The notes beneath the pieces are model-generated. The model worked only from the letters and a program-made list of their open reading frames with translations. It was not told the DNA's origin and made no database searches. A stretch of DNA of 64,000 bases from a virus (taxonomy: Duplodnaviria > Caudoviricetes), in IMG/VR virus record IMGVR_UViG_3300005345_000001, positions 1 through 64,000 of that record; one strand, written 5' to 3'. Positions 47,170 through 56,992 of this stretch are shown in pieces. Numbering within the stretch: the stretch's first letter is position 1; each line of letters starts with the position of its first letter. The position numbers and the translations under genes were made by a program.

Positions 47170-47745
47170 TTAGTTGGATCGGGAAAAGTCGCCGTATAGT
47201 TCCTTGGCTTTCGCGGCATAGGCAGCGTGGGCTTCTTCCGGCGTGGCAAATGTCCCGAGAGGTATCTGCTTGCCTCCGTATCCAATCTGGGCGCGGAAGC
47301 GGTTCCGCTTCATTGATACGCCTTTCGGCAATTGGGCATGCTTGCGATGCACGTGGGCTTTCTGGTTGGCCGCATTCTGGACCCGCGTGGCAAGGCGGAG
47401 ATTAGTCCATACGTTGTTCAGTCGGTTACAGTCCTTATGATCTACCTCAAACCCGGCCGGGATATCCACGCCCATTAAAACAAACGCCAGCCGATGGGCT
47501 CTAAACATTGTAGTCTTTCCGTTTATCACCAACCTGATCTCCAGACATCCGGGAAATCCGCGCTTGCTTGCCGCTTTATGTCCGGCCGGTTTCCCTGCGA
47601 ATCTATACGTGAAGGTCCGCCATGCACGTTCATTTATGAAATGCGAACGCGGCCTTTCCTTCCAGCAAAACTGTCCCGTTTGAGGATCATAGCTGAGGCA
47701 TTGGTTTAGATATTGCGCTGGCGGAAGTGGAGTGGTCTTCTTCAT
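47170..47745 (-). CDS. HNH endonuclease with AP2 domain
   Basis: YDPQTGQF.WK, AHRLAF, VDHKDCNRLNNVWTNLRLAT..QN, FRAQI...LGTF.T.EEAH.AY. Confidence 0.92.
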   Translation of the reverse strand: MKKTTPLPPAQYLNQCLSYDPQTGQFCWKERPRSHFINERAWRTFTYRFAGKPAGHKAASKRGFPGCLEIRLVINGKTTMFRAHRLAFVLMGVDIPAGFEVDHKDCNRLNNVWTNLRLATRVQNAANQKAHVHRKHAQLPKGVSMKRNRFRAQIGYGGKQIPLGTFATPEEAHAAYAAKAKELYGDFSRSN

Positions 47746-48488
47746 TGGTGGCTAATTTAGCGTTCACCATTTCTTCCTACAGATTGACGTCGTTTGTCCA
47801 GCTTGGGTTGGCTCAATTCAGACAATTATCACCCGAAAGCCCGCTGCTTGTGTCAGATGACAGGTCTCATGAGTCTGATGAGATTAAGCGGATATCGGAA
47901 CAATACGGCGCCAATTATAAGTGTTCGCGTGTTCGACGATCTCATTTCGGCGGCGATTTTCAGGGCCTCGTCAATGCGCTGGCTTTCGCAGAGGCGGCTG
48001 GCGCGGACGTTGGGATTAAAGTTTCCCAGCGGTTCATCTTCCGGCGACCAGAATCTATCGAAGTCATTAAGCGGGCATTCGCTGACCCCAATATCTGCGT
48101 GGCTACACCTGGCCAGCCAGCCAAAGGCGGGGCGTTCGCCAAATTCACCACGCTCTCTGATATTGTGGCAATTCGGGTGGGCAGCATAACCCCAGAGGAT
48201 TTGCTCCAAATGTACCGGGGCCGGCTGATACGGGAGAAGGTGCCGTGGGCTTCCTTCATCGAGTGCGCCGTCGATGACCTTCATCACAGCAAGTTCCCGG
48301 GCAGGACGGTGAAGATGCCTGAGCTAACCAATCCGGTCGGAGACCCCATTTATTTACGCCGCTACCAAGCCACCGAACAGCAGTATCGCAACCTGGCCCT
48401 GACCCATGGCCTGAACGGTATCTATCCCACCAACGAATGGGGCCAGATCGAAGGCCGTCGTTACATGTGCAGGCCGGTGGTAGTTTAA
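47727..48488 (+). CDS. GT-A-fold glycosyltransferase-like protein
   Basis: TISSY...LLVSDDRS...GANY resembles the GT2 N-terminal pattern; no canonical DxD (GIKVSQRF at that position). Confidence 0.5.
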   Translation: MEWSSSLVANLAFTISSYRLTSFVQLGLAQFRQLSPESPLLVSDDRSHESDEIKRISEQYGANYKCSRVRRSHFGGDFQGLVNALAFAEAAGADVGIKVSQRFIFRRPESIEVIKRAFADPNICVATPGQPAKGGAFAKFTTLSDIVAIRVGSITPEDLLQMYRGRLIREKVPWASFIECAVDDLHHSKFPGRTVKMPELTNPVGDPIYLRRYQATEQQYRNLALTHGLNGIYPTNEWGQIEGRRYMCRPVVV

Positions 48489-48856
48489 GGTCGCTTCACC
48501 AGGCGCACAAAGAACTTCCCCGTCCAAGGCAGCCCTGGACCGCTGGTGTAAACCACCGTGCTAGTGGCATCGGTCCACTGGGTCATGTTGGTGCTCCACT
48601 GTGGCACCCAGCCCGGCTCGATTGGTGTCGGCCAGTAAGCGGCAAAGACGAGCGGCTCCTGCGGTTGAGCCACTGTGAGCACGGGACCAGAGGCAGCCGT
48701 GAATGGCGTGGCTGATGCCAAACGCTGCGCGACAAATGATTTAGGTGCAATCGCTACAGGCCGGTCGCTGGGTGGCGGCACTGGTAACTTTTTGCGTGGG
48801 GTAGTTTGGCAACCAATAAGGACGAACAGAGCCAGCGGAACAATAAAGGTTTTCAT
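48485..48856 (-). CDS. Lipoprotein
   Basis: MKTFIVPLALFVLIGC lipobox; C-terminal WSTNMTQW...KFFVRL. Confidence 0.75.
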   Translation of the reverse strand: MKTFIVPLALFVLIGCQTTPRKKLPVPPPSDRPVAIAPKSFVAQRLASATPFTAASGPVLTVAQPQEPLVFAAYWPTPIEPGWVPQWSTNMTQWTDATSTVVYTSGPGLPWTGKFFVRLVKRP

Positions 48857-48859
48857 AGG

Positions 48860-49414
48860 TCAATTGAAGCGTGCGAACTCACCGAACAGTTCCTTAGCCT
48901 TCGCGCAGTAAGCCGCGTGGGCATCGGCTGAACTGTGGAAGGTCCCAAGCGGTATCCTGACTCCATTAACGCAAATAGAAGATCGGAATGTTTTTCCGTC
49001 CGTGTATACTCCCTTTGGAAGCGCATGCTTTCGGGCCCGATTGGATACTTTGTTCTGAGCGTTCTGGCTGATTGTTGCCAGACGAAGATTGGACCACTTG
49101 TTGTTAAATGGATTGCCGTCTTTATGGTCCGGAATCATCCCCGACGGAATGATAACGCCCATCAGCATGAATGCTATCCTGGCCGCGTTAATCTCATGCG
49201 GCCTACCACTTTTAGTTATAGAAATCCTGATGGCATGACGACGGCCTCTACAATAGTGCTGGCTGCCTGCTATCTTTCCAGCTTGTCGGCAGTTGGTTTT
49301 AACCCAGCATGCTATAGTCGGAAAGTGGTGTCGTGGGCGCTCCTTCCAATGGCAGACGCCAGTCTCCGGATCATACGTTAGGCATTCAACAATATACTCA
49401 ATGGACAGACTCAT
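48860..49414 (-). CDS. HNH endonuclease with AP2 domain (paralogue of 47170-47745)
   Basis: YDPETG...WK, PDHKDGNPFNNKWSNLRLAT..QN, LGTF....AH.AY..KAKELFGEFARFN. Confidence 0.92.
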   Translation of the reverse strand: MSLSIEYIVECLTYDPETGVCHWKERPRHHFPTIACWVKTNCRQAGKIAGSQHYCRGRRHAIRISITKSGRPHEINAARIAFMLMGVIIPSGMIPDHKDGNPFNNKWSNLRLATISQNAQNKVSNRARKHALPKGVYTDGKTFRSSICVNGVRIPLGTFHSSADAHAAYCAKAKELFGEFARFN

Positions 49415-50571
49415 GTGAAGTTTAAGTGTTGAGGGGGCTGACTATCTGGAATCGGAGTTGGCATGCCATCGATAACATCGCCTATGAAATCCACTTGATC
49501 GCTAAAGACACAATTAGGGCAGATGTCATCTTCAATCACCTGCCGGATGGGCTGAGAATAGAGTTCACCCACTTTATCCCATGCGCATACGGCCCACTGA
49601 CTTCCGAATTTGTGGCCAGCAGTTTTGTTGAGCACGACCGAATCACATGGATATACAAGCCCATTGGCGTTTAGGCATGGCCGTGTATAAACCTTGGCGC
49701 ACTTATGTCTCGGCTGACGTGGCGGCTTGAACTGACTGAATACTCTATCCGGGTCAATCCGGTTGGCCATGGCTTGCAGTTGCGCGTGGCGTTTTGGGAT
49801 GAGCTCGGGTTGGAGGCAGTTGCAGAGCAGTCTTACATATTCTGGCGCATGGTTCTCAACGTAGGCTGAGATCTGCTCCTCGATCCATGGCAGTCGATCC
49901 TCGACCATGACGACCTTTCGGTTCTCCATCGGCGTGCGGATGTCCTCAGGCGTCGACACCCAACCATGCTTATGCGAAGGCTCTTCGTAGGAGTCGCTCA
50001 TGATCCAGCTGAACCCAAGCGTGGTCTTAGATGGATCGATGGATGGCACGTAGACAGTGCGTTCTGGATGATCAAGGCCAGCCATGGAGATGCGAATCCA
50101 AGTGAAGTAATCCAACACATTGGGATGCGCCGTCTTCCATCCTGTTCGGTATTGCTTGCCGGACGGAAACAGCGGGCCGGTCATATCGTAATGCACTAGC
50201 GGCATGCCATTAGTGATGAGAGCCAGCTCCACTCCTCGGTCGTGGATGCTCTGGGCTAAGCCATTGAAATCAGTCTTGGTTTCTGGGCAGCGATAAAGCA
50301 GCGGATTTCCTCCGCCGGAGAGCGTCACCGATTTAAGGCCCAGGGGACAAAGCTGGTCCAAAAATCCATTGATGATGCGGATGGGGAGAACATCACCCGG
50401 ACGCTCTCCGACAGAACAAAACGAACACTTAGCATTGCAGATATCAGTGGGGGCGATCCAACAACTGATGGGCGTGCCACGCTTATTGCGCAGTTGCTCC
50501 ATGGCCTCCTGGTGCCAGAACAACTTCTCGCCAGTGGACGTAAATGACGTCGATAGCGATGGGGTTAGCAT
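49411..50571 (-). CDS. Radical SAM enzyme with SPASM/twitch-like C-terminus
   Basis: CNAKCSFC (CxxxCxxC), SGGGNPLL, ITNG, then CAKVY..PCLNANGLVYPC...CPNC. Start 50571 inferred from TAATG coupling. Confidence 0.9.
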   Translation of the reverse strand: MLTPSLSTSFTSTGEKLFWHQEAMEQLRNKRGTPISCWIAPTDICNAKCSFCSVGERPGDVLPIRIINGFLDQLCPLGLKSVTLSGGGNPLLYRCPETKTDFNGLAQSIHDRGVELALITNGMPLVHYDMTGPLFPSGKQYRTGWKTAHPNVLDYFTWIRISMAGLDHPERTVYVPSIDPSKTTLGFSWIMSDSYEEPSHKHGWVSTPEDIRTPMENRKVVMVEDRLPWIEEQISAYVENHAPEYVRLLCNCLQPELIPKRHAQLQAMANRIDPDRVFSQFKPPRQPRHKCAKVYTRPCLNANGLVYPCDSVVLNKTAGHKFGSQWAVCAWDKVGELYSQPIRQVIEDDICPNCVFSDQVDFIGDVIDGMPTPIPDSQPPQHLNFT

Positions 50572-50840
50572 TATCCTCCCTGCACCGTCGTGATTGCGGA
50601 TTGCAACAGCCATCCCTTGCGCTGATAACGCTCCCTCATGATGGGCGCTGGCGCATTCATGCCCAGTGCGTTGGCACGGTTGAGGAAGTCACGGCGGTTA
50701 CGGGTGGAGAAACCCGTGGCGGTGTTAACCATCAGCCCGCGATTGTTTTTACGGTTTAGGCGCAGGGTCTTTAGATCTTGCACGCGCTGGCCCTGGTCGA
50801 TAGTTCGGAGACGATATACCACTTCAGCCATATCACCCAC
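50571..50840 (-). CDS. Small basic hypothetical protein
   Basis: Stop is coupled to the radical SAM start. Confidence 0.5.
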   Translation of the reverse strand: MGDMAEVVYRLRTIDQGQRVQDLKTLRLNRKNNRGLMVNTATGFSTRNRRDFLNRANALGMNAPAPIMRERYQRKGWLLQSAITTVQGG

Positions 50841-50848
50841 TCAATCAC

Positions 50849-51544
50849 TTGACGCGGGCCAGGGCAACTCAAATACTGGCCTCCGTGCAAAGCCCATACG
50901 ATGAGGAGTATTTCCTGCGTGGCAAACAATCTGGTAAATCCTTGTACGAGAACTATCGCTGGCTCCCAGATTTAACCATACCCATGGCCAGGCGGATGAT
51001 TGAGCATTGTGGCATTGCGATGGATGACACCGTTCTGGATTTTGGCTGTAGCCGTGGGTATCTGGTTAAGGCGATGAGGGAGATTGGCTTCTGTGCCTAC
51101 GGGCAGGACATATCCGATTGGGCTATCGCCAATTGCGATCCTGACGTGACTCAATACGTATCGGTCCAACGGCCAGCGATTAAGCCAGACTGGATCATTG
51201 CCAAGGATGTCCTGGAGCACCTGACATCGGGAGAACTGCTGGCCACGCTGGAGACATTCGGCGCAATGGCCAACAAAGGGATCTTTGTGGTGGTGCCACT
51301 ATCCAATGACGGGAAGCTATATGTCGTGCCAGAATACGAAGAGGACGTAACGCACAAGCAGAGGCTCAGCCTGCTCTTTTGGGTCAGCGTCTTCCACACC
51401 GTGCTGAAAGATATCAGCTGGGAAATTTCTTCACGCTATCGCATCGAGGGCATCAAAGATAATTACGCCCACTTCCCACGCGGCAACGGCTTCATCACCT
51501 GTAGGCGTATCATTTCGCGCACCACAGGATCGTCGAAAACTTAA
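50849..51544 (+). CDS. Class I SAM-dependent methyltransferase
   Basis: VLDFGCSRG motif I, GQDIS, DWIIAKDVLEH. Confidence 0.88.
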   Translation: MTRARATQILASVQSPYDEEYFLRGKQSGKSLYENYRWLPDLTIPMARRMIEHCGIAMDDTVLDFGCSRGYLVKAMREIGFCAYGQDISDWAIANCDPDVTQYVSVQRPAIKPDWIIAKDVLEHLTSGELLATLETFGAMANKGIFVVVPLSNDGKLYVVPEYEEDVTHKQRLSLLFWVSVFHTVLKDISWEISSRYRIEGIKDNYAHFPRGNGFITCRRIISRTTGSSKT

Positions 51545-52121
51545 GTCGATTTAACTGAGAGCGCAGCGCATCCACCACCGCCTGCCGGGACCGGTCTTGA
51601 CCGATTGCAACCTTGAACCCATCAAGGGTAAAGCCAGCCTTTAGCACAAGGCAGCGCAGGGAATCGAAGGTCAGCAGCTGCTTGTGCTCGCGGTGGAACA
51701 GGGCATAATCGAAGAACCGCGTGTAATGGGAGTCCTGCCATGCTCCGGAGATGCTCTCACCAAACAGTTCGATAGCTCGCTCTCTGGTATCCTTTTCGTA
51801 GACAGACAGGAAGTAACTGGCGTCAGGGACTGACACAACCAATAGTCCTCCGGGTTTGAGCACACGCCGGCAATCTTCGAGAACCGTAACCGCATCGAAG
51901 CAGTTAAAGTGCTCGACGACATGCTGGATTAACACCCCATCGAAGATGTCCTGGAACGGCATCGGACCAGCCAATAGCGTGTGCTCAACGTAGTTGTGCT
52001 CCTTGTCCAGGTTGGTTCGCTCAGGCGTCCCAACATCCAGATGCTTACGCAACTCATCCAGGTTGATCCATGTTGCGTCCTGTGGGCGCTGTCCGCCACA
52101 GCCTACGTTGAGCAGCTTCAT
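51510..52121 (-). CDS. SAM-dependent methyltransferase (type 11-like)
   Basis: LNVGCG, WINLD, HVVEH, RVLKPGG.L.VSVPD. Confidence 0.88.
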   Translation of the reverse strand: MKLLNVGCGGQRPQDATWINLDELRKHLDVGTPERTNLDKEHNYVEHTLLAGPMPFQDIFDGVLIQHVVEHFNCFDAVTVLEDCRRVLKPGGLLVVSVPDASYFLSVYEKDTRERAIELFGESISGAWQDSHYTRFFDYALFHREHKQLLTFDSLRCLVLKAGFTLDGFKVAIGQDRSRQAVVDALRSQLNRLKFSTILWCAK

Positions 52122-53362
52122 GTTAGCTCGAAGATGTGTGCTAGCAGGTTGGTGTTGATTGGGTATTGGCTAGGCCTAATCCATTGCTCGTAATGGCGCT
52201 TGGCATTGCCAGAGACGTGTTCGTGCAAGCTCTCATTAACGGTGCCGAAGTCGTGGTCCAAGATGTCCATCTCCTCTGAGAACGTCAGGTAATGTTCTCC
52301 GTCTGACATCTCCGGGAAATACTTTTGGTCGTTGGTGCGCTCCGGCAAGATGTTCAGCGCTCCGGCAGAGGCGCCCTGCCAGAACCGCTGCGGCATGTAG
52401 ATGGAGTGGATCCACTTTAAGTCAGATGTGAAGGCGATGCGGGCCAGCATTTCCTGGTGAGCCTTGTCGGTGATCCAATTGCCGTTTAGGAGCGTCTCCA
52501 TCTCCTTCATATCTATGGGGCCGTGCTTCTTGCTGAACTGTTCAGCCATCCAATAGAATGAACGCGGGCAGCGATTGTTCCAGAAGCCAAGGTTTTCCAA
52601 GCTCCACGTCTTATTGCCAGCATACGCTGGAGAAGTGCATAGGTCGGAAGCGTATTCGATATAGTCCGCTCTATTTCCACCCGCCTTGTAGATCGCCCTA
52701 CAATAGTCGCAGAAGCGGAACTGTGGGTTCATGGCGTCAGAGAAATAAAACCCAAGCATCATGCCAGAGTTACAGTCCAACTTGCCAAGCCGCATGAGGA
52801 ACATGGCCAGGATGATTCGCCGGGCATGCCCACCACCACGCAAGAGAACCTTCTGGCTACGTTGCGACCATGGCGTCCACGGGATGTCTGGTATTGGCTC
52901 CCATGGAACATAAGGCAGGGACTCTAGCCGGCCAGCCGTCAGCAGAAAGTGATACACCTCCCACTCCTTCTCCGGCAGGAATGGACAAGGCACCGGGCGA
53001 ATAGTGAAGTCTGGGTCGACGACGAAGTCGGTGCTGTCGTTATGAATCGGAAGCCCACTGACCATGAATATCCTGTCGATAAGACCGATGCTCGGCGCAT
53101 AGCGGATAGCATTGGAGAAGTAGGAGGAGTCAGTGACATTGAACGTGGCGATGCGACAGCCGTTGTTCTTTAGCTTCAGGATGCGTTCTTCACTCAGATG
53201 GTCGGTTAAGATGACAACCGTAGCATCCTTGGCCTGGTCCAGGTTGGTGCACTCCTCTACCTTGATCGCGTGATCCCTGGCATAGGCCCGCATCGGATCG
53301 AAGAACATCCGACTGGCGTATTCGTTGTGGTAAGGCTTTGGATCGTAAACGAGATACGTCAT
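52118..53362 (-). CDS. Glycosyltransferase-like protein (CgeB / Glyco_trans_1_2-like C-terminus)
   Basis: PQRFWQGASAG.L......YFPEM.DGEHYLTF resembles the GT-B C-domain. Start 53362 inferred from ATGA overlap. Confidence 0.55.
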   Translation of the reverse strand: MTYLVYDPKPYHNEYASRMFFDPMRAYARDHAIKVEECTNLDQAKDATVVILTDHLSEERILKLKNNGCRIATFNVTDSSYFSNAIRYAPSIGLIDRIFMVSGLPIHNDSTDFVVDPDFTIRPVPCPFLPEKEWEVYHFLLTAGRLESLPYVPWEPIPDIPWTPWSQRSQKVLLRGGGHARRIILAMFLMRLGKLDCNSGMMLGFYFSDAMNPQFRFCDYCRAIYKAGGNRADYIEYASDLCTSPAYAGNKTWSLENLGFWNNRCPRSFYWMAEQFSKKHGPIDMKEMETLLNGNWITDKAHQEMLARIAFTSDLKWIHSIYMPQRFWQGASAGALNILPERTNDQKYFPEMSDGEHYLTFSEEMDILDHDFGTVNESLHEHVSGNAKRHYEQWIRPSQYPINTNLLAHIFELT

Positions 53363-53835
53363 TTGGTGTTTAACGTGGCGTGGATTCGGGATATATGGCG
53401 TAAGAACTGATGCATCGTAAGATCGCGTTTCATCCAATTGCAGAGCCGGCAGCATGGCACTACGTTCCGGCGAGTGTAATCCTTGGCATTATCAATCCTA
53501 TCCAAGCCAGAGCATGACCACGGCAACGGACCCCCACAATAGTGGCACGGCAGCTTGATCAAATTAGAGAATGTGCGGAAGCCAATGTTCCAAATAAATC
53601 CTCGCCTGGAAGCTAGCCTTATACTCCTAAGCCAGCGTGAACGTGGCTTGGCGTCCGATCGTTTCCTAACAGCTTCGCACTGATCGTGACGACGCTTACG
53701 GAACTCCTGATGATAGCGACGTGCATGTTTTAAGTTGCGTTTCCTCCAGATGCGATGCATCCGTGTTCGGTATGTCCTAAGCTTAACGCGATTCTTCTTC
53801 CACCACGCTGCGCGAGTTGCGGCATATTGGGCCAT
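53359..53835 (-). CDS. HNH endonuclease
   Basis: CHYCG...GLDRIDNAKDYTRRNVVPCCRLCNWMK; Arg/Lys-rich N-terminus. Confidence 0.88.
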   Translation of the reverse strand: MAQYAATRAAWWKKNRVKLRTYRTRMHRIWRKRNLKHARRYHQEFRKRRHDQCEAVRKRSDAKPRSRWLRSIRLASRRGFIWNIGFRTFSNLIKLPCHYCGGPLPWSCSGLDRIDNAKDYTRRNVVPCCRLCNWMKRDLTMHQFLRHISRIHATLNTK

Positions 53836-54368
53836 TACTTAACTCCTTCCACATTCAATGACATGAGCATCCCGTGTGTCTTATCGAGGTGAGGTAAGAA
53901 GGCTTGACTGTAGTCATCGAACTCTTTGTGCTCGCTAACCTTCCAGTCCCATAGGCGGACATCCTTTAGGCCGGCTAACTCCATGTGTTCTTTGAGCGTG
54001 GGCCAATTGAACACGACGAAATGATTATTCTTCGGATGGTTCTGGCCGCCGTAGAGCAAGCCTAGCAGTTCCTTTAGCTCTCCCGTCTCGGCATATCGAG
54101 CGCAGATGGCGTCGAAGGATGGCACGGCCAGCCGCAATACCCCACCTGGCTTGAGCATGTCTGCCCAGTGATGGATGGTCGCCGTCACCATCCTCCGGTG
54201 CACATGCTCCAGGACGTGGCTGGCGTAGATGAGATCGAAGCTACCCGGGTCCCACGGCAGGCGCGTTAGGTCGCAGTAGAGATCTTGGTGATGAGTATCG
54301 AACAAGTCGATGTTGATGAAGCCGGGCAGATGCACCCGGCCGGCGCCGATATGGAGTTTCCTGGTCAT
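53835..54368 (-). CDS. SAM-dependent methyltransferase (type 11-like)
   Basis: LHIGAG, FINID, DLIYASHVLEH, LKPGGVLRLAVP. Confidence 0.9.
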   Translation of the reverse strand: MTRKLHIGAGRVHLPGFINIDLFDTHHQDLYCDLTRLPWDPGSFDLIYASHVLEHVHRRMVTATIHHWADMLKPGGVLRLAVPSFDAICARYAETGELKELLGLLYGGQNHPKNNHFVVFNWPTLKEHMELAGLKDVRLWDWKVSEHKEFDDYSQAFLPHLDKTHGMLMSLNVEGVK

Positions 54369-54988
54369 CCGATGAGCTTCTTGATCTCGTGGAAGATTTC
54401 AATCCTGCGCTGGATCCCAACCATGGTGAGGTGGGCGCACCAGTCGCCGGGCTGCCAGGGCTCTGGAACCTGCCCAGGACAAACCGCATCGGGCACAGCA
54501 TTGAACATGCGCCGTGGCCAAATGTTGATGAACAGCCCCTCTGGCTTGTTCTTCACCCACTCTTGCCATGGCCCTTGCTCCTGGAATGGTTTGTCACGCC
54601 AGTCTGGTTCCATCGCTAGTACTTCTTCAAACATTGGGATGCAGTCCTGGTGGGCTACCCAACCGCAAGCGGAGAACTGCCATGGGTCAACGGCATCAGT
54701 GCCCCAATCCTTGCTAGCCCAGAACCCATGTGCTGGGCTGACTGTCGGCGGCCTCTCTGGATTAGTTATCATCTGGTCGACATCTAGGTAGATGACACGC
54801 TCATAGTCCTTAAGCAGGTACAGCCCCCTGGCCACGCCAGTCCAGTAGATGTTCAGATCTCTCGGTGGATAGTTCCAAATGTGGTAAGCAATGTCATGTA
54901 TGGCGGCATAGCCCTTCATCAGCGGCACAGTTAAATCGGCCAGCTGTTGATAGCCACCATCGTAGCCGGTGAAGAGGATTGTTTTCAT
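54365..54988 (-). CDS. Glycosyltransferase, GT34/MNN10-like
   Basis: YA..H..., W.., VIYLDVD (DxD), EQ, FN and HL motifs. Start at ATG 54988 (ATGA overlap). Confidence 0.75.
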   Translation of the reverse strand: MKTILFTGYDGGYQQLADLTVPLMKGYAAIHDIAYHIWNYPPRDLNIYWTGVARGLYLLKDYERVIYLDVDQMITNPERPPTVSPAHGFWASKDWGTDAVDPWQFSACGWVAHQDCIPMFEEVLAMEPDWRDKPFQEQGPWQEWVKNKPEGLFINIWPRRMFNAVPDAVCPGQVPEPWQPGDWCAHLTMVGIQRRIEIFHEIKKLIG

Positions 54989-55731
54989 GGCGCCTGTCTG
55001 GTGAACATTGGTTCGCCTTTGCTCAGCCGTGCGTATTGGCTTTCGTTCCACTCCTTGTGCCCCGGCTGAGTGCGACGGAAATGCAAATGGAAGTGATCGT
55101 GAAACGGTCCACCCATATCATCCTGGGGATGGAACTCCGGGTCCTTGCCAGTGCGCCCATCGATAAGCCGCTCGTGCATCACGACGTTGGTCACGTAGTT
55201 AATCTCGGGCAGATTGCGCACGATGCGTAGTTGATGGTCGCGATTGTCTAACCAGTTCTGCGATGGATGCTTCATCGCAAAATCAAACCAATGCCGGCGC
55301 GTGGAGCGGATGGCCATGACGTGAGGATTGGCAATCAGGTTCTTGACGTGAGCGCCTTGGTTAATCACGTCGTCAGTCTTAATCACGGTTAGCTTCGGCT
55401 CCTGGAATTTGGGATAGGACTCACTGCCTTCACAACGCATGACGTTGATTAACGGATGAAAGCGTTCATCAGCATCCAGGATGAACGCCCAGCTGCATCC
55501 ACATTCATGGATGAGCCGGGTGCGGATAGCTCCAAAGCCACGATTGATGTCATCAAAGACAATGGTGGTTCCGAACTGTTCACACAGCTCGATGGTCCCG
55601 TCAGTAGACTTGGTCCCGCCTGGCCCGCTGTGGATGATGAAGAGGTTATCGAAATAGCGGGCGCCAGTCTCCAATAGGCCTCGCAGGGCAGGCGCGTCTT
55701 GGTACACGTTACAGCAAAGGGCGATACTCAT
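54985..55731 (-). CDS. Glycosyltransferase family 2 (WaaE/LgtF-like)
   Basis: STDGTIELC, GFGAIR, WAFILDADERF, QLRI, VHERL. Confidence 0.88.
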   Translation of the reverse strand: MSIALCCNVYQDAPALRGLLETGARYFDNLFIIHSGPGGTKSTDGTIELCEQFGTTIVFDDINRGFGAIRTRLIHECGCSWAFILDADERFHPLINVMRCEGSESYPKFQEPKLTVIKTDDVINQGAHVKNLIANPHVMAIRSTRRHWFDFAMKHPSQNWLDNRDHQLRIVRNLPEINYVTNVVMHERLIDGRTGKDPEFHPQDDMGGPFHDHFHLHFRRTQPGHKEWNESQYARLSKGEPMFTRQAP

Positions 55732-56231
55732 TAACGAATGAACTCGTGGCGAGTGGTTAAGCTTTTCTTAGGAAATTCTGGATGAGAGCAATCCGGACAT
55801 GTCCAGCCGTGTTTTACTGACTTGTTAATCCCTGTTTGTTTCATGTGGAAAACCCCACAACAAGTCAGGCATTGAATATACCAAACATGTTCGTAGCATC
55901 GCTTTATTCGCATGCCGCGTGGTGACCAGCCTTCACCGACCCACCATGCGGGCTTTGTTTGTCGGCGTTGGCATCTGTGAATTCCATTATCCCTTCGCTC
56001 GCAGTACCCGATGACAACAACTCCTGAAAATTTCTGGCCGATCCTATTATCAACTCCTGTTGGGGGTTGTTTAGTCAAATCCACCCACGCTCTACTGCTG
56101 ATAATCGAGTTCAGTTGGGCCAGTGCAGGTTCGGCCTCTGGACACTTGGCCCACCACGGGGACTTCATTAGCAGCTTGGCGGCTTGATAGTTTGCGGGCT
56201 TTCTAACGATATCCGACGCAAGAACACTCAT
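55731..56231 (-). CDS. Cys-rich protein resembling the N-terminal domain of HNH/AP2 endonucleases, nuclease domain absent
   Basis: IGQKFSGVVVIG, WYIQCLTCCG, TCPDC. Confidence 0.5.
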   Translation of the reverse strand: MSVLASDIVRKPANYQAAKLLMKSPWWAKCPEAEPALAQLNSIISSRAWVDLTKQPPTGVDNRIGQKFSGVVVIGYCERRDNGIHRCQRRQTKPAWWVGEGWSPRGMRIKRCYEHVWYIQCLTCCGVFHMKQTGINKSVKHGWTCPDCSHPEFPKKSLTTRHEFIR

Positions 56232-56992
56232 AGATCAGGCAATTCCACTTCGTTCTTCCACCAGTGTGTTACCCCCTTGCGGAACACCAAACAGTTGGGA
56301 CCGGCGGGCCACACCTCTAGCAGGATGTTCTTCTTTAACCCCTCCGCGATGGCGTGTGGGCAGGATTGGTTACCGACGAATAGGTCAGCCCCGGCGATGA
56401 CCTTGGCTGCTTCATAGAGGTTCTCGGTTGGGTGATGAGGCACCTCGCCACACGTTAGGCAGAACACCCGATGCTCCTCTGGGGTGCCGACGAACACAGC
56501 TTGGCTGGCATACTTGCGCCACACCTTGTGCCACGGGAAGGTTGGGTGGTGATAAACATGATGGGATGCCCGCCCTGGTCCCGCCCGTGAGATCACCACT
56601 GGCGCCACCCGCTTTGGCGTCACCGTTAGCCAGGCCTCATCCATGACGCTATGTGGTAGGCCGTGCGCCTCAGCCATCCAGTGGCTCAGATGTTTCTCCA
56701 GGAACGGGCCAGCCATGTGTGGCTTACGCAGCACGTCATGCATTCTTGCCCTGAAGTCGTTCAGATTATAATGGGCGCGTTCTCGCCTCCATTCGCGCAC
56801 ATCGTTGATATAGGGTTGGGCTTTGAATAGTAAATCTATCCCGCACCATTTATCCGGTGTGAGCATCACTCGTGTGTAGCTGGCTGCTTCAATCAAATAA
56901 TCGCCACCACCGAAGGCGCGAACGATCGGGAGCGTAAATACGCAATCGCCCAGATCCCCCGCACAGCGAAATGTCAGGATGTCACGAGACAT
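56228..56992 (-). CDS. Glycosyltransferase family 9 (heptosyltransferase-like)
   Basis: GDLGDCVFTLP and NLYEAAKVIAGADLFVGNQSCPHAIAEGL. Confidence 0.8.
   Translation of the reverse strand: MSRDILTFRCAGDLGDCVFTLPIVRAFGGGDYLIEAASYTRVMLTPDKWCGIDLLFKAQPYINDVREWRRERAHYNLNDFRARMHDVLRKPHMAGPFLEKHLSHWMAEAHGLPHSVMDEAWLTVTPKRVAPVVISRAGPGRASHHVYHHPTFPWHKVWRKYASQAVFVGTPEEHRVFCLTCGEVPHHPTENLYEAAKVIAGADLFVGNQSCPHAIAEGLKKNILLEVWPAGPNCLVFRKGVTHWWKNEVELPDL

Noticed and set aside
38528-47405. Numerous short antisense and alternate-frame ORFs over the giant gene and other structural genes
   Set aside because: Typical shadows of GC-rich coding DNA, without motifs or coupling to neighbours.
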